Positions 58,444 to 64,000 of a DNA stretch of 64,000 bases are shown piece after piece. Origin of the DNA: a virus (Duplodnaviria > Caudoviricetes); the IMG/VR virus record IMGVR_UViG_3300032295_003763, positions 135,928 through 199,927 of that record; one strand, 5' to 3'. Under the pieces are notes generated by a model. That model did not search any database. It saw nothing but the letters and a program-made list of their open reading frames with translations, and was not told where the DNA came from. The first letter of the stretch is position 1. Every line of letters begins with the position of its first letter. A program made the translations under genes and the position numbers.

Positions 58444-59565
58444 ATGTTATATGTTCTTATAGATGCAAATAATTTTTTCATAAAAAATCTCTTCGCATAT
58501 AAAAGTGGTATGCGTAAAAGTGAAAAATTATTTGAAAAAGAAGAACAAGTTATAGAGTATTCTCATCTCTTAAGTAATTCTTTATTTAATTTAATAGATA
58601 AATTTGAAGGTAGAGTAGGATTTGTACTTTGTTTTGATAACAAAACTTGGCGCAAATCCTATTATAATTTATATAAGGCAAATCGAGAATATGATGATAA
58701 TGTGAACTGGGATGCTTATTTTAAGTTCGTTGAGGATTATTGTGAAAAAATGACATCTATTCATAATATCAATGTTTCAAAAATTGAGGGTGGTGAAGCA
58801 GATGACTTATTATACCTATGGTCAAAAAAACTCAATAATTCTGGATATGATTGTGTTATAGTTAGTGAAGATAAAGACTTATTACAATTAGTAAGAAACA
58901 CTAAGAAGAATAATTTTACGATAGTTTATAACAATTCATTTAAGAATCCTAAGATATACAAACATCCAGAAACAAATCTTAAAGAAAATGATATTGAATT
59001 TACAATATTTAATGCTTCTGATGCTTTATTGAATTCTAGATCTCTTATAAAATGGATTATGCAGGAAGCTGAATCTTTAGAAGATGTTGACATACAACAT
59101 TATCTTATTAAAAAGATATTAATAGGAGACGATGGGGATAATGTACCTTCTATTTGGATATGGCAAGATAAGAACGGTAAGAAAAAAAGAGTTACTCCCT
59201 CGGTAGCTGAAAAAATAATATCGAATTATTTAGCTATAAATGAAAATCCTATTTATTATCTTTTAAATGATTTTGAATTCTTTAAGACTTCTTTAGCTGA
59301 TTCGATAAAATTTGTTTTAGGTATTAAAATTGATATCGAAGAACTAAAAGAAAATGTTGAGCGCAATTGTAAACTTATGTGTTTACATCATAATTTTATG
59401 CCAAAGGAAATTTTAAAAGAATTTCAGAAAAATTATAATGATAGTATCGCAAGTAAAATAGATAAAGATACATTTTTGAAAGGGACTAAGTATTATCAAG
59501 ATCCTAGAAAAACTGTAGGTAAAACAGATAAACTAGATTCCTTTTTCAATTCCTTTGGAGATTAA
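58444..59565 (+). CDS. rnh: T4 RNase H-like 5'-3' exonuclease/flap endonuclease
   Basis: LIDANN, YKANR, EADD, SEDKD, GDDGDNVP. Confidence 0.9.
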   Translation: MLYVLIDANNFFIKNLFAYKSGMRKSEKLFEKEEQVIEYSHLLSNSLFNLIDKFEGRVGFVLCFDNKTWRKSYYNLYKANREYDDNVNWDAYFKFVEDYCEKMTSIHNINVSKIEGGEADDLLYLWSKKLNNSGYDCVIVSEDKDLLQLVRNTKKNNFTIVYNNSFKNPKIYKHPETNLKENDIEFTIFNASDALLNSRSLIKWIMQEAESLEDVDIQHYLIKKILIGDDGDNVPSIWIWQDKNGKKKRVTPSVAEKIISNYLAINENPIYYLLNDFEFFKTSLADSIKFVLGIKIDIEELKENVERNCKLMCLHHNFMPKEILKEFQKNYNDSIASKIDKDTFLKGTKYYQDPRKTVGKTDKLDSFFNSFGD

Positions 59566-59789
59566 TGAAACGTTTTATAGTTTATATGGAAACTGATAAA
59601 GACTATGAAGAAACTGTTATTGGTGAAGGGATTGAGTTTAGTAATGAAAATGTAGCAGTTTTTGAGTTCTTAACATCTACTATTTTAATTTTAGATTCAA
59701 CGGAGTTTATATCTAAACATTATGAAACCGTAGGAAATGTAAAGATTAAATGGATAGATTATGATTTATTTCAAAAAATAATTCATTAA
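59565..59789 (+). CDS. Hypothetical protein
   Basis: 74 aa; TAATG overlap with rnh. Confidence 0.6.
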   Translation: MKRFIVYMETDKDYEETVIGEGIEFSNENVAVFEFLTSTILILDSTEFISKHYETVGNVKIKWIDYDLFQKIIH

Positions 59790-59822
59790 TTATAAAATTT
59801 ATAAAAAACAAAATTTGATTTT

Positions 59823-59830
59823 GATATATA
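59823..59830 (+). promoter_or_regulatory. Putative late promoter GATATATA
   Basis: Exact motif upstream of the S1-like gene. Confidence 0.7.
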
Positions 59831-59879
59831 TAGTGTAGATATAAAATTTATTTTTTTCTCACTAGTAAGGAAAATATTT

Positions 59880-61034
59880 ATGACGAACAAAATCGTCACC
59901 GACCTTCTTCTAGGCAATTTTGATGATAATTTATTAGAAATGAGTAATGATACTTATTTTCAAAAAATCCTAGAACAACCCACCATTACTAAAGATCTTC
60001 AAACAGGAGCGGTTTACAAAATATCTCATATTTTACCATATGGTAAGGATAGAATTACTGTTGTTACTGAAGAATTTGGAGAAATTCCTGTACAGCTTCG
60101 TAAAGAAAAGGAATTTTTAAAGTTAATTGATTGTAGTATAGAACAATTCCTTGAAGCTCTATTAGAAGATGTACCTAGCGTTCAGCTCCCGACTCATGTA
60201 ATGACTGTTAAGTATGGTTCTGAGCTTGAAGGGACCTTAATGGGTGCTTATGTTCATGCCTTAAAACAAGAGCTATATTCAGAGATTAAAAATCCTGAAA
60301 AGGTTTATATGGCTCATGTTTTAGAGAGAAACAAAGGTGGATTTTTAGTTAATGTTAATGGACTTTATGGATTTCTACCAGGTTCATTAGCAGCTGCTAA
60401 TAGAATTCTAGATTTCGATTTGTATCTTAATACTAAAATTCCAGTTATGGTAGAAGATTATTTACAAGATTCTGATATGTTTATTTTCTCTAATAAGAAA
60501 TATATCAAGAATATGATTCCTATAGAAATTGAGAAATTATCGAAAACTGAAAAATATAAAGGTAATGTAACTGGAACTTCAAAATTTGGAATTTTTGTTG
60601 AGTTTAATACAATTTTGACTGGTCTTATTCATACAAGTGAAATGGACAAAGAACAAATTGAAGAATTCAAAAAAGGAAAATGGAAAGCAGGAAGCGAAAT
60701 AGAGTTCTGGATTAAAGAGATTACTAATGATAATAGACTTATTTTGACATTCGTAGATCAAAATGCTATGAATCAGAAATATGAATCTTTAGCTTCTTAT
60801 GAAGCACAGATGGAAGAGAGTGGTCAAAAGCCTATTTATTTAGGTCATATTGTTTCTGTCAAGCCTAATGTAGTTTTAGTAAAGATAGAGGATAATATTA
60901 TAGGAGCTCTGGCTGAAAAAGATTTCAAGAAATTTAAAACAGCACCTATGAAAGTATCTGATGAATTGAGAGTAAAAATCGAAAAGATTGATATTAGCAA
61001 GAGAAGAATGACATTAAATGTGGTAACTGCTTAA
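59880..61034 (+). CDS. Ribosomal protein bS1-like protein with three recognisable S1 domains
   Basis: NKGGFLV...GFLPGS; GNVTGTSKFGIFVEF...GLIHTSE; V.IEKID..KRRMTL. Confidence 0.85.
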   Translation: MTNKIVTDLLLGNFDDNLLEMSNDTYFQKILEQPTITKDLQTGAVYKISHILPYGKDRITVVTEEFGEIPVQLRKEKEFLKLIDCSIEQFLEALLEDVPSVQLPTHVMTVKYGSELEGTLMGAYVHALKQELYSEIKNPEKVYMAHVLERNKGGFLVNVNGLYGFLPGSLAAANRILDFDLYLNTKIPVMVEDYLQDSDMFIFSNKKYIKNMIPIEIEKLSKTEKYKGNVTGTSKFGIFVEFNTILTGLIHTSEMDKEQIEEFKKGKWKAGSEIEFWIKEITNDNRLILTFVDQNAMNQKYESLASYEAQMEESGQKPIYLGHIVSVKPNVVLVKIEDNIIGALAEKDFKKFKTAPMKVSDELRVKIEKIDISKRRMTLNVVTA

Positions 61035-61035
61035 T

Positions 61036-61398
61036 ATGGCTATAAGTGAAATATATTGCAAACTGACAAATGATCCTTACTTCGAATCGGATAGATTAGA
61101 AGTAACTAATGAAATAGAAGCATTAATTGAAAAGATAAGAATGATAATGCTTACGAAGAAAGGAGATGTTTTAGGTGAACCTGAATTTGGAGTTGATCTA
61201 GAGAAATATATTTTTGAGACATTTTTTGATAGAAGGGCTATACTTTCTGAAATTAATAATCAATTCTCAAAATATATCCCAGAACAAAATAGATTTGATC
61301 TCAATACAAGAGTTGATATATCTAAAGGAGAATTTAGGGATAACATAATTGTAGATATATTTATAAATCAAGAAAAAATACTAGGTTTTGCAATTTAA
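61036..61398 (+). CDS. gp25: Baseplate wedge protein gp25-like
   Basis: TKKGDVLGEPEFGVDLEKYIFE. Confidence 0.85.
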   Translation: MAISEIYCKLTNDPYFESDRLEVTNEIEALIEKIRMIMLTKKGDVLGEPEFGVDLEKYIFETFFDRRAILSEINNQFSKYIPEQNRFDLNTRVDISKGEFRDNIIVDIFINQEKILGFAI

Positions 61399-61401
61399 AT
61401 T

Positions 61402-61429
61402 AAAGGGGTCTACTTAGACCCCTTTTTTT
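61402..61429 (+). terminator. Intrinsic terminator
   Basis: aaaggggtct-actt-agaccccttt plus U-tract. Confidence 0.85.
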
Positions 61430-61460
61430 ATGCATAATTATTGTATTGCTTTAATTATTA

Positions 61461-61468
61461 GATATATA
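61461..61468 (+). promoter_or_regulatory. Putative late promoter GATATATA
   Basis: Exact motif upstream of gp6. Confidence 0.75.
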
Positions 61469-61493
61469 GAATATCTACAAAATTATATGAAAT

Positions 61494-63218
61494 ATGAAGC
61501 AATTTTTCAAGCTAAATAGAATTACATTCCAGCGTTTATATGAGGACGCTCAATCTTGGTTTCAGACTGTTTATAATTTAACTAGAGATCAATTTACACC
61601 AGCTTCTCCTTGGGGACAATTATTAGGTACACTGATAAATCTCGCACAAATGATATTTTATTATATTGAAGATAGTATAACAGAACTTAACATTAATACT
61701 GCTTCAAGAAGAGAATCCATTATAGGCATAGCTGCGATGAACGGTCATTCAGCGACTCGTTCAACTGGTGCTAGGGGTGATATAATTTTAGAATATTCTG
61801 GTGAAAATGTTGATATGTATGGTCAAAGTATAATCATACCAAATTATACTAAACTCTTTTGTTTAAATAATGGTCAAAGTTATATACTTGATTTAAATCA
61901 AGATGATATTAGAGTTAATATTACAAACAATGACAAAAATAAAGTAAAGATTATACAAGGAGTATGGGAAAATCAAACATTTACAGGAACTGGAGAAATA
62001 CTTCAATCATTTGAGGTGAATGTTAGAGGAAGAAAGGAAATTGATGAAAACTATGTATTCGTTTATGTAAATGGTGAGTTATATCCAAAATATGAGTCTT
62101 TATATGATATACCTTTAGGTAAAGCTGGATGTTTAATTAGAACTGGTATGACATCTGGTATAGATATTTTCTTTGGTACGGAATTTAATGGTAAAGTTCC
62201 TGCACTTGGTTCTACTATTAGAGTTGAATACCTAATAACTAATGGATCTTTAGGAAATATATTATCAAATATAAATGATGTTACATTACGTTGGGATGAA
62301 ACTGGTTATGATATTACTGGTAAAGAAATAGATTTAAATTCAGCTCTAAGCACTAGTTTAGCTACTCCTTTAGTATTTGGAACTGACCATGAGCCAATAG
62401 AATTAACAAGACTTATAGCACCTAAAATCAGTAGATCATTTGTTCTCGCAAATGCTGAAAATTATTCAATATTTTTACAAAAGATGAATTACTTCAGTAT
62501 TGTAGAATGTTTTTCTACATTTGACGATAATGTAGAAGAAGACGACAATGTAATTTATATTTTTGCTATACCTGATATTTTAAAAAGAGTAAGAAACAAT
62601 GAGGACTATTTTACAATACCTCAAGAACAATTTACTTTAACAGATACTGAAAAGAATTCAATTTACAGGCTTTTACAAGAGTCAGGTCAAATGATCGTAA
62701 CGACTGCTGTGAAAGTATTAGATCCAGTTATTATAAGATATGTTTTAAATGTTTCTATTATTGTATTTGAAGGTTATGATGTTGAAACAATCAGGGAAAA
62801 GATAGTAGAAAGAATCGCACAATATTTTCTAAACAATAAAAGAAGAGATAGAATACCTAAATCAGATTTAGTTGCTATAATAGAAGCTATAGATGGAGTC
62901 GATTCTGTCGATTTATATTTTGTAAATGAAGGAAATGAATTGAACAAATATAATTGGTTAGAAGAACTAAAGACTAACCCTAGTGCTGTAGAACCTGATG
63001 ATATTGGATTAGATGAACATGGTAATATAATTATTGGGAAAAGCGAATTGCCTATTTTAAGAGGCGGATGGTCAGATAGAAATGGAGTATCCTTTCAAGA
63101 TAATGCAGATTTAACTATAACCAGTTCTGTAAATGTTGACATATCTAGAATAACTCCTAGAACAGTTAATTCCGAATTACATTCGACTGGAATTAAAAAT
63201 CTTAAAGGCTTAAAATAA
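61494..63218 (+). CDS. gp6: Baseplate wedge protein gp6-like
   Basis: TASRRESI..IA...G, IFFG...GKVP..G..I.VEYL.TNG..GN, G.D.EPIE..R..AP. Confidence 0.85.
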   Translation: MKQFFKLNRITFQRLYEDAQSWFQTVYNLTRDQFTPASPWGQLLGTLINLAQMIFYYIEDSITELNINTASRRESIIGIAAMNGHSATRSTGARGDIILEYSGENVDMYGQSIIIPNYTKLFCLNNGQSYILDLNQDDIRVNITNNDKNKVKIIQGVWENQTFTGTGEILQSFEVNVRGRKEIDENYVFVYVNGELYPKYESLYDIPLGKAGCLIRTGMTSGIDIFFGTEFNGKVPALGSTIRVEYLITNGSLGNILSNINDVTLRWDETGYDITGKEIDLNSALSTSLATPLVFGTDHEPIELTRLIAPKISRSFVLANAENYSIFLQKMNYFSIVECFSTFDDNVEEDDNVIYIFAIPDILKRVRNNEDYFTIPQEQFTLTDTEKNSIYRLLQESGQMIVTTAVKVLDPVIIRYVLNVSIIVFEGYDVETIREKIVERIAQYFLNNKRRDRIPKSDLVAIIEAIDGVDSVDLYFVNEGNELNKYNWLEELKTNPSAVEPDDIGLDEHGNIIIGKSELPILRGGWSDRNGVSFQDNADLTITSSVNVDISRITPRTVNSELHSTGIKNLKGLK

Positions 63219-63230
63219 TTACCATAAACT

Positions 63231-64000
63231 GTGGCCGAGACTTCTAAATTTAGTTATACCTGCTGTTGTGTAGATGAATTAAAATTTTGGGTAAACCAAA
63301 CACAATCCCCTACCCCAGAAAGTGGTGCACAAGGTGCTCAAGGTATTGGTGTACAAGGACCTCAAGGTACTAGTGGAACGCAAGGTAGTGGTGCACAAGG
63401 CGCACAAGGTAGACAAGGTACTAATGGAACAATAGGTCAAGATGGCCTTCAAGGTGTACAAGGTACTCAAGGCGTACCTGGATTTGGTACTGGTACACAA
63501 GGTAATCAGGGTACTCAAGGTACTCAAGGCAGACAAGGTACTCAGGGTAACCAAGGCACTCAAGGTACGCAAGGTATACAAGGTGTTCAGGGAATTCAAG
63601 GCGTTCAAGGAACTCAGGGTGATCAAGGCAACCAAGGAAATCAAGGTTCTATAGGAATTGGTACACAGGGTAATCAAGGTGTTCAAGGATTACAGGGTGT
63701 TCAAGGTTCTGTAGGGAATGGTACACAAGGAGTTCAAGGAACTCAAGGCAACCAAGGCAACCAAGGTAACCAAGGTAACCAAGGTGCACAAGGTACACAG
63801 GGGGTTCAGGGAACTCAAGGCAACCAAGGAAATCAAGGTAACCAAGGTAACCAAGGTGCACAAGGTACACAGGGGGTTCAGGGAACTCAAGGCGTTCAAG
63901 GAAGACAAGGCAACCAAGGTAACCAAGGTAACCAAGGTGCACAAGGTACACAGGGGGTTCAGGGAACTCAAGGCGTTCAAGGAAGACAAGGCAACCAAGG
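63231..64000 (+). CDS. Collagen-like fibre protein (runs off window)
   Basis: Not in ORF track. GTG 63231 gives MAETSKFSYTCCCVDELKFW...ESGAQGAQG, then G-X-Q repeats to the end. Confidence 0.85.
   Translation, partial: MAETSKFSYTCCCVDELKFWVNQTQSPTPESGAQGAQGIGVQGPQGTSGTQGSGAQGAQGRQGTNGTIGQDGLQGVQGTQGVPGFGTGTQGNQGTQGTQGRQGTQGNQGTQGTQGIQGVQGIQGVQGTQGDQGNQGNQGSIGIGTQGNQGVQGLQGVQGSVGNGTQGVQGTQGNQGNQGNQGNQGAQGTQGVQGTQGNQGNQGNQGNQGAQGTQGVQGTQGVQGRQGNQGNQGNQGAQGTQGVQGTQGVQGRQGNQ

Noticed and set aside
1-64000. Stop-codon reassignment as seen in some large Bacteroidota phages
   Set aside because: Core genes are full length in the standard code, and TAG (33625) and TGA (10824, 35542, 50694) end genes at tight junctions

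Overview
AT-rich, gene-dense 64-kb segment of a large T4-like (contractile-tailed) phage read in the standard genetic code. Five Bacteroidota-type promoters (TTTG-N19/20-TAnnTTTG) point to a Bacteroidota host. Virion genes: major capsid, prohead protease-scaffold fusion, terminase, 1301-aa sheath, tube, baseplate gp25/gp6, four Gly-X-Gln collagen-like proteins and a LamG protein. Replication and metabolism genes: topoisomerase II, the N-terminal half of a split PolB, clamp loader, RNase H, class II RNR. Also present are PhoH, DnaJ, a ribosomal S1-like protein and seven glycosyltransferase-like genes. Most notable observations: (1) a catalytically dead HpaII-like C5 methyltransferase with a capsid-targeting-like N-terminus, in a window where a manual scan found no CCGG; (2) about ten unrelated proteins share a T4-style capsid-targeting N-terminus; (3) a ~90-aa module is shared between the major capsid protein and the tail sheath; (4) a GATATATA late-promoter motif; (5) a strand-switch intergenic region with tandem DnaA boxes and a candidate structured ncRNA. 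Family assignments come from motifs recognised by eye; no searches were run.
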